From NCBI GenBank assembly GCA_038087875.1, contig CM075990.1:7070001-7134000 (forward strand): 64,000 bases of DNA, given 5' to 3'. Source of the stretch: Malacoraja senta. Lineage: Eukaryota. The translations under genes were made by a program, and so were the position numbers. Positions 12,149-26,151 of the stretch are shown here, one piece after another (position 1 is the first letter of the stretch; each line of letters opens with the position of its first letter). The notes beneath the pieces were generated by a model that was not told the DNA's origin, did not search any database, and worked only from the letters and a program-made list of their open reading frames with translations.

Positions 12149-14410
12149 TGCAAGCAAAATCTATTTAAAAACCTGCCTTTTCTTTGCAGAATAAATGCAT
12201 TGTGGTTCTCAGGAGGAAGAGTTTTCAATGGCCATTGCTGGAAGATGTGCAAAAACAAAGTTGTGCATTTTGAATGGTGAGATAAATTGATCCATTTCTC
12301 CAGATCCCACATATTGAGGATTGGTTTCCTATCCAGCAAATTCCAATAGTTAAAACGTGGCCAACTAAAAGACTCCTTTTTAGCCGATTAATCTGGCATT
12401 ATAGTGCTGGTGTGCGTAGGAATCAGCATTCGAGGTTTAGTCTGAAGAACCTGATCCCTGAAATTTACAGCCTTTTGCCGTGGGGGTATTGACCTGAGGG
12501 AAGACGTAATCCATAAGTCTACTGTTACTTGGACATTTAACCCCGTACTCAAACCGCACTCTTAGATAATTAAGTTAATGCAATGCTAGAGCAATTTGGG
12601 TTAATTAGAGGTCAAATATGTATTGCATCAAGCTGTATAATTTTCTTAGAAATAATGGAATGGTACGTGAGTTGGGTTTCAAATTAGCTTTTAAGCATGT
12701 CAAATTTCTTATTAAATGGAATGCCTTCAAGAGTTAACTGGCCAGATTTGAAGTATATAATGGCAAGCTGGACACTGCCATTGTCGTGATTGCACCGATC
12801 TGAGACAACAATGGTGTTGTAAATGTTGTCTCCCATAAACTGTGAGATGAAATGTACGATCAAGTGTTTTCTTCCTGTTGGACATTTAATGTCCTGCTAT
12901 TGGCAATATCAAATGTCCAAGCTAGTAAAACATGTATTTAATAAATCTAGTTATATAGGTATTGGTCACAGGGATTAAACGTGTGTAGACCACTGTTCTA
13001 CACATACAAGATGTCTTGAAACATGTCATAGTCATACAACTTGGAAGCAGGCCCTTCGGCCCAATTTGCCCACACCGGCCAACATGTCCATCTATACTAG
13101 TCCCATTTGCCTGCTCTTGGCCCAAATCCCTCTAAACCCATCCTATCCATGTACCTGTCTTGTGGGCAACTGTCCTTGCTTTTTATCTGTTTTTATTTAT
13201 TGCAAGGAATGGATTCCTCATAGATTTACAGTGCCCTCCATAATGTTTGGGACAAAGACCCATCTTATTTATTTGCCTCAGTACTCCACAATTTGAGATT
13301 TGTAATAGAAAAAATCACATGTGGTTAAAGTGCACTTTGTCATATTTTATTAAAGGATTTTTATACATTTTAGTTTCACCATTATGCCAATCCCAATATT
13401 GCTCACAATATTCCAAATGTGGCCGTACCAACGCCTTATAGAGCCTCAGTATTACATCCCTGTTTTTATATACAAGCCCTCTTGAAATAAATGCTAGCAT
13501 TAAGTTTGCTTTCTTTACTACTAATTCAAGTACAATAGATAAAGCAAAGTGGAAGAGAGCACAACAACAGTATTGTAGGCCATCAGTTCCTTAGACAAAG
13601 TCCAGCATCATCAGTGGTGTAGAGGTGAATTGAACAGAACCCTAGCTTATGGAAGGACCATTCAGATGTCTGATAACGGAAGGGCAGCAGCTGTTCGTGA
13701 ATCTGCAGGCGTGCGTTTTCAAGCTTCTGTACCTTTTGCCGGACTGGACTGATAGAAGAAGCAATGACCCAGGGTGGGGTGTCTTTGATTCCATTTAATA
13801 AAAAAACAACTACAGATACTGGTTTGTACCAAAGATGGACACAAAATACTGGAGCAACTCAGCAGATCAGGCAGCATCTCTGGAGAAAATGGGTAGGTGG
13901 TGTTTTGGGCAGAAGGAACCCTTCTTCAGTCTGAAGGGTCCCGATCCAAAACTTTACCTATCCATTTTCTCCAGAGATGCTGCCTGACCCGCTGACTTGC
14001 TCCAGCATTTTGTGTCCATCTCAAGTCTTTGATTAAGTTGGCTGCTTTTCCGAGGCTGCGTGAAATGTAGATGGAGTCAGTGGTGGGAAGTCTGGTCTGT
14101 GTGATGGACAGAAGCACATTTTTTGGTGTGGTAAATATCAAACTGCATTGAGGTTGATTAGTAATTTGTGCTCGCCTGTTATAAAATTAATCTGTTTTCC
14201 CTTCCCTATTCCAGGTCAATGATCTACTTGTAACCAAGTTAGGAGAGAGATTAGGCAGATGGAACTGCGTGCTGAGACTTTTGTTTTTGTGCACAACTTT
14301 GTTTTTGCAAATCTTCCAGCAATTGCCATTAGAAACTCTTCCTCCTCAGAACCACAATGCATTTATTATGCAAAGAAAAAGCAGGTGTTTTGAAATCAAT
14401 TTTGCTTGCA
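12149..14410. repeat. Long-range inverted repeat, arms 12149-12267 and 14290-14410
   Basis: Manual alignment gives about 11 differences over about 120 bp. Confidence 0.9.
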
Positions 14411-15540
14411 TAGACTTCAGTGTGTTTTTAATCCAATGCTACCCAAAACTGTTGATTTTTTTTTGGCATGGTACATTGTTTTAAATGAGCACTAAATATT
14501 AGGCAATTGTCCCAATAATTCTACACCGATGCTTTTCTTCCATAACGCATTTTGTCCAATCCCACATTCTCCAACCATTTAAAATTCTGCTTTCAAAAGC
14601 AACTATCTAATTGTTTACTTAAAAAACACAGCTGAAAAATTCCACCTTTGCAACACATGCCTAGATTTTTCTAAGTTGGTTTAAATGTTAAGCTTGTACT
14701 CTCTTATTAGTGTCATTGCTGGTGCTTGAAATAACCTGTCAACATTCACTTTTATCAGAATCTTTTGCCATACTCCGGATCTTTGTCAGGTCTTCCCTTA
14801 ATGTTCCCAGTTTCATTAGAATGAAGGGTTAATTCATTCCCAGAGGAACTATACCTTCTTGTTTCCATCAATATCCACGTCAATGAAACTTCATTGTAAA
14901 TTTTCCATTGCTGACAGATATTTTCCATGATAACGTATGCAAAACCGCACAACAGGCTAAAACCTTGAAACAAGGCCAGGATGCCCCTTTACCTTTTTCT
15001 TTCTATTTTACTATTTTGATATGAACCTAGAAATGGGAGGAATATGCTCGTGAATCATGTTATTTCACAGCTTTTAAATTAATACAACGGGATAGTATGG
15101 AAGGAAAAACACCTGATTTTTTTAATCCAATCCTGTCTTTTTATTTTAATGATGTGGTGCCATTTCATGACTGAGGCAAAGGGCAAAACTTTCAGATGCT
15201 CAATTTCTCAAAAGCAATGTTTGTGTCACATTAATATTTGGACACACGTTACTTAGGAAAAGTCATTCCTGCTTTTGCAGTAGTATTGTGGTGCAGTCTG
15301 GAATGGTTAGTGTTGCTATAAATATTAAAGAGCTGTGACAATAGATGAATGAGATGGGCAGACTGCTGCCCTGAGATTGTTTGCCACCTGTGGCCCTGCT
15401 GCTTCTAGTGTGGTCCAGGTGAAGTCTTCTTCTTGTAGACTGTCTCCTGAGGCATGTACAGGGCTTCCCTCACCTAGGGCAGGTGGCTGCTTGTACTGAT
15501 GTACTCTGACAGCCAGTGATATCAAGGATGATGCCCAACA

Positions 15541-15805
15541 GGCGGGCACAGTGACGCAGTGATAGAGTTCCTGCCTTACAGTGCCAGATACCCAGGTTCA
15601 ATCCTGACTACAGGTGTTTGTATGTTCCTCCCCCCACCCCCCCCCCCCCCCCCCCCCCCGTGACCTGCGTGAGTTTTCTCCGGCAGCTCTGCTTTCCACC
15701 CACACTCCATTGTCCCAGTGTGTAGAAATTGTTAGTGTATATTGATCGCTTGACAGCACAGACGTGGTGGGCAGAAGGGCCTGTTTCCGCACTGTATCTC
15801 TAAAA
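15541..15805 (+). mobile_element. HE1-like SINE with internal poly-C expansion
   Basis: Head, B box and tail present; C run at about 15630-15659. Confidence 0.75.
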
Positions 15806-18800
15806 TCTAATAATTAAAATCAACTCCTGTGATCACTGGATGTAAAATTTCCCAATGGGAATGTTTATGAATATTTTTGGCATCCATGAACATACAAGAG
15901 TATCTGAAATTGATTTAAAAGCTATTAAAATATTTTAGTTAGGACTACCAAAATTATTCTTAATTAAAAACTGTTAATTAAGCCATATTCTGTCACAGCA
16001 GCTGATATCTAGGGGCAGTGAAGGCCAACCGGTATGGAGATGATAGATCAACAGGGCTTGTTGCTCATTGGAATTGTCCCAAACTCGGCTGTTCATGGAG
16101 AGTAGAATAAAGGAAGCCAACTAGGAATTAATGAGAAAGTAAAATGTATACAAAACAGAAATGTCTGAAGGTTTCACAATAGATGAGGGGAGACAAGTCA
16201 AATGATGTTGCAGAGATAAAAAATAACTGAACAAAGGCTACATGGATATGGTCCTTATCAGATTTGATACTGAGCTTGTAAACAATATGAATTTGGTCTG
16301 GGAGGGCAGTCTGGGAAAGGAATATGAATCTGTTGTGAAGGAAGGGAGTTCATTATATATAACGTAGAGAGAAGTACAGCACGAACAGGCCCTTCGGCCC
16401 ACGATGGCTGTGTCGAATATGCCAAGATAAAATAATCTCATCTGCCTGCACATGATCCATACCCTCCATTCCCCGCATGTTCACCAGCCTATCTAAAAGC
16501 CTCTTGTCGCCACTTTCGTCTGGACCAGAGGTGTTGGCCTTAGTTTTCCCAGTGCGAGGACTTTGAATATTTCAATGGTAGACAAAAATGCTGGAGAAAC
16601 TCAGCGGGTGAGGCAGCATCTATGGAGCAAAGGAATAGGTGATGTTTCGGGTCGAGACCCTTCTTCAGTGTTTTTCAATGTTAACTGATTTCTCTTTTTA
16701 AAAACACAATCAAACGCTTGCGAAAAAGCGATTGGAAAAGTCTTTGCAGTTTTTGTTCCCTGATGAAATTCAATGCAAACAATAAATGGCAACCAAATAA
16801 AATGTCCATGTTGCCTTCACCCTCTGCTGCGTGTGCCTTTTAAACTGTGCTAAAAGTAGACTAACAATGGCATTTGTTTATGGAATGTGCTGATCAATGG
16901 TGTGATGATGGTGTACAAAAAAATAACAGCGTAGGTGGAATGAAGCACAAAACCAACTATGTATGTCATTACATGAAAGAATGCAGAGTTCAGGCTGTGT
17001 CACCCAGCAAAAATCCAACAAAGCAACTGACAACCTTGGTTTAAAGAAAACCAAAGGTTCATTGTGAGTTATGGTATTTCTTGAGAGATAGCACATCAGG
17101 TTTATTTTAACTTATGTGCGTGTTTGGGTGAAGACAATAGCATGAATGGCACAACCCCCCACTACCCCATTGTTAATCTGTATCCAACAAGCAGCCGGGA
17201 TTGGAAAAGTTCCACTGCAGATCATGGAATGTTTTCACCATCAAGTGTGCAGAATTGGAGAACAGGGATATCAGATCAGTCCATGCCTTTTATTTTTTCT
17301 TGGATTTAATTGCACTTAGTACCTGAAAACAAACTGGTTGGTTCATCTTATTGACCAAAGTTTGTTTTGATAACATTATCAGAATTAATGCAAATCAACT
17401 TAATCAAGCTCTAATAAATAACAATGTTACCAGATTAAAGCAAAAACTGACAAATTCTGACCTTGTCAGAGGTAATTGCTGGATGGTAGACAGTTTAGGG
17501 AAAGATGTGAAGTTGGGCATCGTTCCCACACATGGAAACTCAAGGCAGCATGTAGATTAGAAACGGGAGTGGAGTGGGGAGTGCCAGAGAAAATGTGGAG
17601 GGGAAGTTAGTGCGACTACAGCTTTGTTGGCTAAGCGATATTTGTAATGCACAGGACGAAGGTCACAGAGTGTAGGAAGGAACTGCAGATGCTGGTTAAC
17701 ACCAACAACAGACAAACAATGCTGGAGCAACTCGGTGGGTCAGGCAGCTTCTCCGGAGAAAAGGAATAGGTGACGTTTCAGGTCGAGGCCCTTCTTCAGA
17801 AAGGTCATAGAGTTGTACAGCATAGAAACAAGCCCTTTGGCCCACTGAGTCTGCTCCTGCCATTATGCACACATTTATACTGATCCTACACTCATCCCAT
17901 TTTCATTCTCCCTACTTTCCCCTCAACTCCCCCAGGTTACAGTGCCTGAGGAGAGGTGGCAGTTAATGTTTTCAGCTTACGTAGGGCCAGGAGAGAAAGG
18001 TGATTCAGTACTTTGGGAACTGGAAGCAGGAGCTGAATCCTAGGCAAGATGAATTTTGAAGGGAAGAGTCAAGATAAGAGGGAATTAAGGGAAAGATACA
18101 AGTTTGTTACTGGTGAGGTAACATTAGTTGGGCTAGATTGAATAAGAAAAACCACAGACGAGTAGACAGGAAAATAGCGTTGTTTTTTTAGGGAACAAGC
18201 ATAACCAATGGAAGTGAAACTAGCATTCTTGTGTACAATGCAGAAGTTGCAAGTGTAAAATCAAATCTAATTAAAATCGCTGCAGTTCTGAATTAATGTA
18301 AGGGCTACTTGGAAGGTGAGAGGGCAATATGTATTTAGAAATCTTAAAATACTGGAGAAACAGGATAGACAGCATCTCTGGAACAAGATGAATATTTCTG
18401 ATTGATGACCTCCTCCAAACACTGCCCTGCAGTGCATTTCCATTGGGTGCTGTGAGGTTCTTTTTTGACAAAGTCATCAACCTGAAATGTTAACTTTGCT
18501 TCTCTGACCTTAGTATTTGCAGTATTTCCTGTTTTTATTTTGGTTCCAGAATCTGCAGTTCTTTCAGTGCAAATGTTGTGTCAGATCCTCTGGAGGGCAA
18601 GGTCTGAGACTGTAAATTCAGCGTGCAAATTTAAATTCCTCAGAATTTAATGTCCCTGCTCTGAACTCCATCCATGAAGATATTTTTAACCTACACTCAA
18701 TTTATTTGGACAACAGAAATGCTCTCCTCTCTGCTCTTTTGTTGTCTTCATCTAGGCATGGATGGACCTCTCTCCCAGCCACATTAGCCAGAGTGGTATC

Positions 18801-20829
18801 CTGAATGGAAGTGCATAATCAAAAACAAAAGTCATTCTACTTAACTGAAACAAGATTCTCAACCAGTATCCCTCATAACTCGCCAACCGTGGGTTAAATT
18901 CAGAATCTAAAATTCAGCAAGAATTCAAATATCATCACTTATGATGAATGACTGCTTTGTGGCATCCTACTGCTCCATTAAAGTACACTTGTTTGAAACT
19001 GTTGTCTATTTGAGATGCTCAACTACCCAACATGACTGAAGCATGGTGCTGGAAAGTAGTGTGAAGAAGGGTCTTGACCCAAAACGTCACCTATCCATGT
19101 TCTGCGGAGATGCCGCCCGGCCTGCTGAGTTACTCCAGCACTTTGTGTCCTTCCATGACTGAAGTCTGGATGAGCACTTTGAATCAATAAACCCAGGATA
19201 TGTTGTAGGAAGGAACTGCAGATGCTGGTTTAAATCGAAGAGAGACACAAAATGCTGGAGTAACTCAGTGGGTCAGGCAGCATCTCTGGAGAAAAGGAAT
19301 AGATGACGTTTCGGGTCGAGACCCTTCTTCAAACCAGGGTCTGAAGACAGGAAACTTTGGTGAAGGGGGATGGGGAGGAATCCAACAGTTGGCATTGAGG
19401 TAGTATGTTCGTTCAGTGAGAGTGGTTACAACTTGTGTGATGCAGGGTTTACATTAAACCAATTCATCACTTGTCCAGACCTAGGTTTCATGGCAATGTG
19501 AAGTATGAATAATTCACGGAGGTAGTACTGCTGGTATATTTATGAGAAGCTTGTGGTTGATTAAAAAATAAAGAGCTGATTAATCAGCTTTTATGACCCT
19601 CTGACCTTGCAGAAGATTATTCTCCCCACTTGCAAGGCTTTGCTTAAACTTCTATTTCCAATGATAACTTGTTTGGAAGGTATTTGAGCTGATGGTTGAT
19701 CCAGTCATAGGCACCAACAGTAAGAAACGATATGTGTACCGGCCGGCACCTTTTTGTCTGCAAATAAAGCACTGTTCAGCAGTATAATACTTTGCGCTTT
19801 GCATGGCATAGCATAGATCATCTTAGAGAGCTGTGCTTTGCCTTACTTGCTGTGAGATGTGCTATAGAATATAATATGAAAGTGGTTTGATTAAAACATG
19901 AAGTGTTGCAGTAACCCAGCATCTGTGGAGGGAATGGGTAGTCGATGTTTTGATTGGGACCCTTCTTCAGACAGTCTGAATAAGGGTCCCAAACCGAAAC
20001 GTTGCCTGTCCTGCTGAGTTACTCCAAGATTCAAGACAACGGCAGCAGTGTAAACAGGAGTGCTGCTAAACGGATTCGGTTCTTGCCTCACCTTGCCCCC
20101 AAAAACGCTCTGGGTGTTATGTGGTTGGCTGCGGGAGGCATCCCCGGGGCACAAAGACTGAGCGGTGGCCAGATGAGGTGAGGTTCGATGTGTCTGCATC
20201 GAGGTTTCCGTGGATGAGTCGCTGGCTCTGCAGCAGCCTGGGGCTCGATTGGATCAGGCACTACTCCAAGACAGCGGCACATGACACCAGCAACTTTGCT
20301 TAGCCATAAGAGCCCCCCCTCCCCCCCAACTATCTTCATCTAACTTGATCAGTTATCCCTTTATTTTATTTTCTGCTGTGTTAGGCCAATTTCCTATTAT
20401 GACCTCTGTTATGGTTTGAGTTCACAAATACCACATTCTGGCCACTCTTAAGTATCCAGTATTGCCTGAATTCCCTGATGGGTTAATCGGTTAATAGTAC
20501 TTTAATTGTCTTAATTTCACAGAGGAGGTGCCATAGTGCCCAACAAGTCAAGGCCTTAAATGTTTAAAAACTTCTATCAGGTCACCGTTAAAATGTTTTC
20601 CATTACATCTGTCCAACCATTTCCAAGTTTTATTGGCATGAGTTACTCTGTCAATGCAAATGCAATAGAGGTAGCTGCAGACTGGGTCTCCTGGAATAGG
20701 TTGATTATAAGTTGCTCTCTTGAGTTAATGAACCTCATTTTATGCCTACTTTTGCATTCACTCTGATGTATTAGAGCATTATAGCTTTCCGCTTGCTATA
20801 CATTTTTTTTAAAGTCATCTGTGATTACG

Positions 20830-21280
20830 TTTAGTTTAGTTTAGAGATACAGTACGAAAACAGGCCCTTCAGCCAACCGAGCCCGCACCAACCAGCGATC
20901 CCTGCACGTTAACACTACCCTACACACACTGGGGTACATTTTACATTTATACCAAGCCAATTACCCAACAAACCTGTATGTTTTTGGAGTGCGGGAGGAA
21001 ATCAAAGATCTCGGAGAAAACCAACGCAGGTCATGGGGAGAACGTACAAATTCCATACAGTCAGCATCCGTAGTCAGGATCGAACCGGGTTTCTGGTGCT
21101 GTAAGGTGCTCTGGTTTCCTCCCACATTTCAAAGATGTACAGGTTTGTAGGCTAATTAGCCTGGTATAATTGTAAATTGTTCCTAGTTTGTGTAGAATAT
21201 GTGTGCAGGAATCGCTGGTCGGCGTGGACATGGTGGGCCGGAGGGTCTTGGAGTAGTGCCTGATCCAAACTAAAACTAAG
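20830..21280. mobile_element. Inverted pair of HE1-like SINE pieces (minus 20830-21105, plus 21106-21280)
   Basis: SINE core in both orientations, adjacent. Confidence 0.75.
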
Positions 21281-22056
21281 AAACAATTCTTCCTCGGACT
21301 TGAACCTGTGTTCACTCGTTGTGGAAAGTGCAAGGGGTCTTAAGAGGTCCCTAATTACGAGGGTAGACGATATGTGGTTCATCAAACATTTCTCAAATTA
21401 ATTGCTTGAAGAGTCTTGCAGCTTAAGTATCTGTTCATCCGTGGATCAAAAAGCATTGCACTCGAGCATCAAGTCTCTATTCAAAAGCTTACAAAAATCT
21501 GGGGAAGTTGTATTGTAAATATTGAGTGCAGTTTCTTTGCTGGGGACCATCAAATCCGAGTCACTATTTCTTTTTTTGCATCCACCTCAGCTTATTTAGT
21601 ATGCAGGTTGTCCCAATTTTCACTTTCTAGTTGGTAACCACTACTTCCCATGAAGCAGATTGAAATGTTTTCTATCTTTAAATGAGATTTATTGAAAACC
21701 TTGTAGAATGTAAAATAGACCTGTTTTTGAGGAAGGTTGCTTGCCAAATGAATTGCTACACTGTACCATGTACCATGGCCAATAGATGCGACTTTTTAAC
21801 TCCTTTCCATTCATACAGCTTTTGATGTCTCAGGAGTTTTATGGTGAATTATATTGATTAGCACTGTCAGTGCATTCTTGTCTGTTTGTTGAAGGCTACG
21901 AGCTTCCAATTCATCAACTTCAGATGCGGAGGTATATGTGACTGTACATCTTAAAGACAAGCCTGGTTGTGCACTCCATATTTCAGCCGTTAACTCATTC
22001 ACATGTTCGCTAGTTCAGTGCACCTTTAACTTCAAAGTGTTGAATTATCCTGTTCA

Positions 22057-22350
22057 GTTTAGTTTTAGTTTAGAGATACAGCGCGGAAACAGGCCCTTCG
22101 GCCCACCAAGTCCACACCCACCAGCGATCCCTGCACATTAACACTATCCAACACACACTAGGGACAATTTTACATTTATACCAAGCCAATTAACCGACAA
22201 ACCTGTACGTCCTTGGATTGTGGAAGGAAACCGGAGATCTCAGAGAAAGCCCACGCAGGTCACGGGGACAATGTACAAACAAACAAGCCCGGATCAAACC
22301 CGGGTCTCTGCCGCTGTGAGACAGCAACTCTACCGCTACCCCACCGTGCC
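22057..22350 (-). mobile_element. HE1-like SINE
   Basis: Tail tttagttttagtttagagatacagcgcggaaac through to head ctctaccgctaccccaccgtgccg. Confidence 0.82.
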
Positions 22351-23741
22351 GTCATATCTGTGCAAATTGTGCAGTAATTACATAACAACGATCCTAATGG
22401 TCGCATTTGCAAGCTTTGGTGTTTTATCATAATAAAGCAAATTTATGTTTTTCAAAATGGTCACAATTTATAATGCCGTTTGCCATGGTATGTTCGTCCA
22501 CAGGTAGCTTAATTTGTGAAACTTCTTTAAAATTGTGCACCATTTAGTTTAGATTGCTTTTCATTCTGCCTGCTAATTTACACTTTGTTTGATCTGCTTT
22601 AGTTTATCACCCACCTGTCTTTTCAATCACTGTCTCGGTATTTCTGCCTGTCTAACACGAGACTTGTAAATTGATTTTTGGGTTACTCATGGTCAATTGA
22701 TTTTTTTAACATAAAAAATGGCAACAGAACTGAGAGAGACTGGGAGGCATTTCCTTGCTCCATCTATTGGCCAGAGCTTGTAAAAAACATAATTAAAGAC
22801 ATTTTTACACCCTTTATTTCCATTGTTGGCCGAAAAACATGAGCAGCAATAATAGGCTGTACAGGAAAGGCAGATGTGCCGAAGGCTTTCATCTTGTGAA
22901 AAGAATTGGCAAAATAACTTAATCTCATATTTAACGTCCATTGTTATCCAGACATTTGATTGATGGCAATATAACCCATCGCCATTAATCTTGGCAAACA
23001 GTTTCCTTGCATTGATCTGAGCATAAAATTCGGAAAATTATTTGCTGGGAAATATGCCTGAAGGAAAGACTGAAATATCAATCCATTGATTTTCTTCTGT
23101 TGGTTTGAGAGTTGTGAATTCTGTAATTTATTTTGGGGTGCTTTCGAGCTGAAAGATTCCACTTAATTGTTTCAGCTTGGTCTTGGTTATGTTATCATTT
23201 TCTTGCTGTAAAATTACTCAGCGGGTGGTGGAATAATGTTGAAGTTAAATCTTTTAAATCCTTCGAGTGGCAATTGATTTCCGTTCAGCCTTCTGAAGTT
23301 AATTTGAAAATCTGCAGGTGGCTGTTCTTGAAGCGTGCAATATTATAAGCCCGGCTGACCGCTGGTTTATTTGTACTAAGTCAAACTCTCTTGTGATCAA
23401 ACTCTCTTGTGATTTTATTTGCGTGGGAAATGGCAATTTTTAATTCCAGCTAAATAAATTGACTGCGCTACATGTAGCAGTAAGAAGGAACAATGCCTCA
23501 ATGTTCTTCAGCAACAATTTAATGTTTCCTTGTATCTTTCTGATATGTAGAGGAACATTTTTTCTGATTGCATTTGTTTTTGAAAATGGGCAGCTTGTAA
23601 AAGAAGTGAGGTCCTGAAGCACAAAGAAAACAGAGTGCCTAGACCTTAAAAAGAAAAGGTCCTAGATAATGAATGTGATTTTATTCATGAAGCATCAATG
23701 GTTAGATAGTCGAAATGGGCAGCCACTAATGAAGCTTTGCA

Positions 23742-23935
23742 TAAATGTGTAAGAAAGAACTGCAGATGCTGGTTTAAATGGAAGGTAGACACAAAATGCT
23801 GGAGTAACTCAGCGGGTGAGGCAGCATCTCTGGAGAGAAGGAATGGGCGACGTTTCGGGTCGAGACATAACCCATTCCTTCTCTCCAGAGATGCTGCCTC
23901 ACCCGCTGAGTTACTCCAGCATTTTGTGTCTACCT
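23742..23935. mobile_element. Palindromic Penelope terminal-repeat insertion
   Basis: Inverted arms of the gctggagtaactcagcgggtgaggcagcatctctggag unit; TSD atgaagctttgca at 23729 and 23936. Confidence 0.85.
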
Positions 23936-24314
23936 ATGAAGCTTTGCACCTCCATTTGGTGAATCTACTTACTGAAGGTCACGGCTTTGTATTCTTAAAT
24001 GATTATCGGTCTTTACTTCTATAGAAAGTTAATATATCAGGAGTAAAGTGCTTGACCTTCTGCTGTCTTTAACTGTGCGTGTCAGTAGACAGATCTAGTG
24101 TGACCTTGCGTGGTTTAGTTTATGAAATCATATGGGTAAGGGACAAATGCTTCACCATTCGCTTTGTTCATTAGGTGTTGGGCATACATGTCACACCGGT
24201 GTATACGGTTCATACACTGTTCATACTGCTGTATTAATTGATGCAGCAAGCGAATGGAGGTCATTTACTAACTGTGAGGTCTGGATTGTTATGTGGAAAC
24301 TTAGAACATTGTGA

Positions 24315-24562
24315 CGACCAGCAATCTCCGCACACTAACACTATCCTACATACCCTAGGGACAATTTACAATTTTACCAAGCCAACTAACCTACAAACCT
24401 GTACGTCTTTGGAGCGTAGGAGGAAACCGGAGCAGCCGAAGAAAACCCACACTGGTCACGGGAGGGCATACAAACTCTGTACAGACAGCACCCGTGATCA
24501 GGATCGAACCTGGGTCTCTGGCACTTTAAGGCAGCAGCTCTACTGCTGCGCCACCGTGCCAC
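24315..24562 (-). mobile_element. HE1-like SINE
   Basis: Core and head on the minus strand. Confidence 0.78.
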
Positions 24563-25059
24563 CCTAGATATAGTGAATACATCTAAACCGTACAAATGTT
24601 AAATATTAGGAAGATAAATGAAGAGCCAGACGAGAGATTCTGAAGCATGACTATCTTCTTGTTTCACCAAGGATAGATAGATAATTAATTTGTATCAATC
24701 ACAAAAGCCCCACAAAAAGTGGGATCTATTGCCCTGTTATGCGTTCTCTCTGGGAACTGTGGAGGATTAACCAGTTTTAGTTGTGTGTGGCTTTATTCAC
24801 TTAAGAAAAGTAAATATCATTGGCATGACCACCGTTTGTTGCTCATCTGTAATTGCATTTAAGAATGTGCAGAATAAAGTGGGCACAATGGCCTTGTGAT
24901 GTTGTGTTACGAATTTCAGAGGTGAGGTGAGGGTGACAGCCCTTGACATGACGGCAGCAAGTATTAAATTCCAGCATTGAGGGGGCCATTTTAAAACTAA
25001 ACTCAATGAGAATCAAAAAAAAAATGAAGGAGAAATGCTGCAATTAGTTCAAAGAACTT

Positions 25060-25425
25060 GGCTTGGCCTTCAACACACTCATTCATCCCCTCCAAAGTAG
25101 TTACCAAACTCGCGGACCTGAGTCTTTGCGGATCATTCTGAAAATGGATCCTTGGTTTCTTCATCTACAGACCACAATCTGTACGAACTGGCAGCAACAC
25201 TCCCTCCACGATAACTATCAGTGCAGGAGCACCTCTAGGCTGCGTGCTCAGCCCCTGCTCTACCACTCTATACTTGTGACTGTGTGGCCGGATCCAGTTG
25301 CAACATCATCTTCAAATCTGCCAACTACGTCAGAGTGTAGGAGGGAGACCAATCGACTGACCAAATGGTGCCAGAACAACAACCTAGATCTCAGCATCAG
25401 TAAAACCAAGGATCTGATTGTTGGC
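25060..25425 (+). mobile_element. Rex1/Babar-type RT fragment
   Basis: gccttcaacac (SAFNT), caggagcacctctaggctgcgtgctcagccc ([14 protein letters not shown]), WCQNNNLDLSISKTKDLIV. Confidence 0.7.
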
Positions 25426-26151
25426 AGATTCAATGTTAGAATAACAGGAACCTGCCTTATTCATGACAAAATTTGACCTTTGTAGACATGGCATGTTAAA
25501 GGCCAAGGTAGTTGAAGTTAAATGGATCTTGATAAACTCAGCTTATTGATAAACTATTTTGTGAGCTTTTAAATAAAGTAGTGTGGTCTGAGGTTAAAGG
25601 GGAGCATGCTGAAGTACATTTTAATTGATTAGCACAGGATGGTGATAATAAAACATATTCCTGAGGTCGGTCTTCTAGCAAGCATTTGTTTGCAATTTTG
25701 TGCATTAGTTGATTTTTTTTGGCAAATATTTACTTCAGTGTGACCTTTTATAGTGCTTGATTGGTTGTAGTCAGAGTATTTTAAGATTACACATCCTGCC
25801 AGTGTACGTCATTGTGTATTATTTTATGTTTCCTGTTTTATCCAGAGGATTTCAGAGCGCAAATTGTAATTATACTGTTTTCGGTGTTTTCTCCTATTTT
25901 TCAAGGCATGGTTTTCCAGTCAGGAGCAATTGGGTTATCACTACAAAATGTAAAAACAAGTAACTGCAGATGTTGGTTTACAGAAAAGGACAAAAGGCCA
26001 GATTAACTCAGCGGGTCAAGCAGCACCTCTGGAGAAAATGGATAGGTGATCTTTTGGATAGGGACCCTTCTTCAGGCAAACTTTGGGACTTTGGGGATAG
26101 GGATTTATAAGGGAAAATGTTGGCATAGAATTGTGAAGAAAAATAACAATG

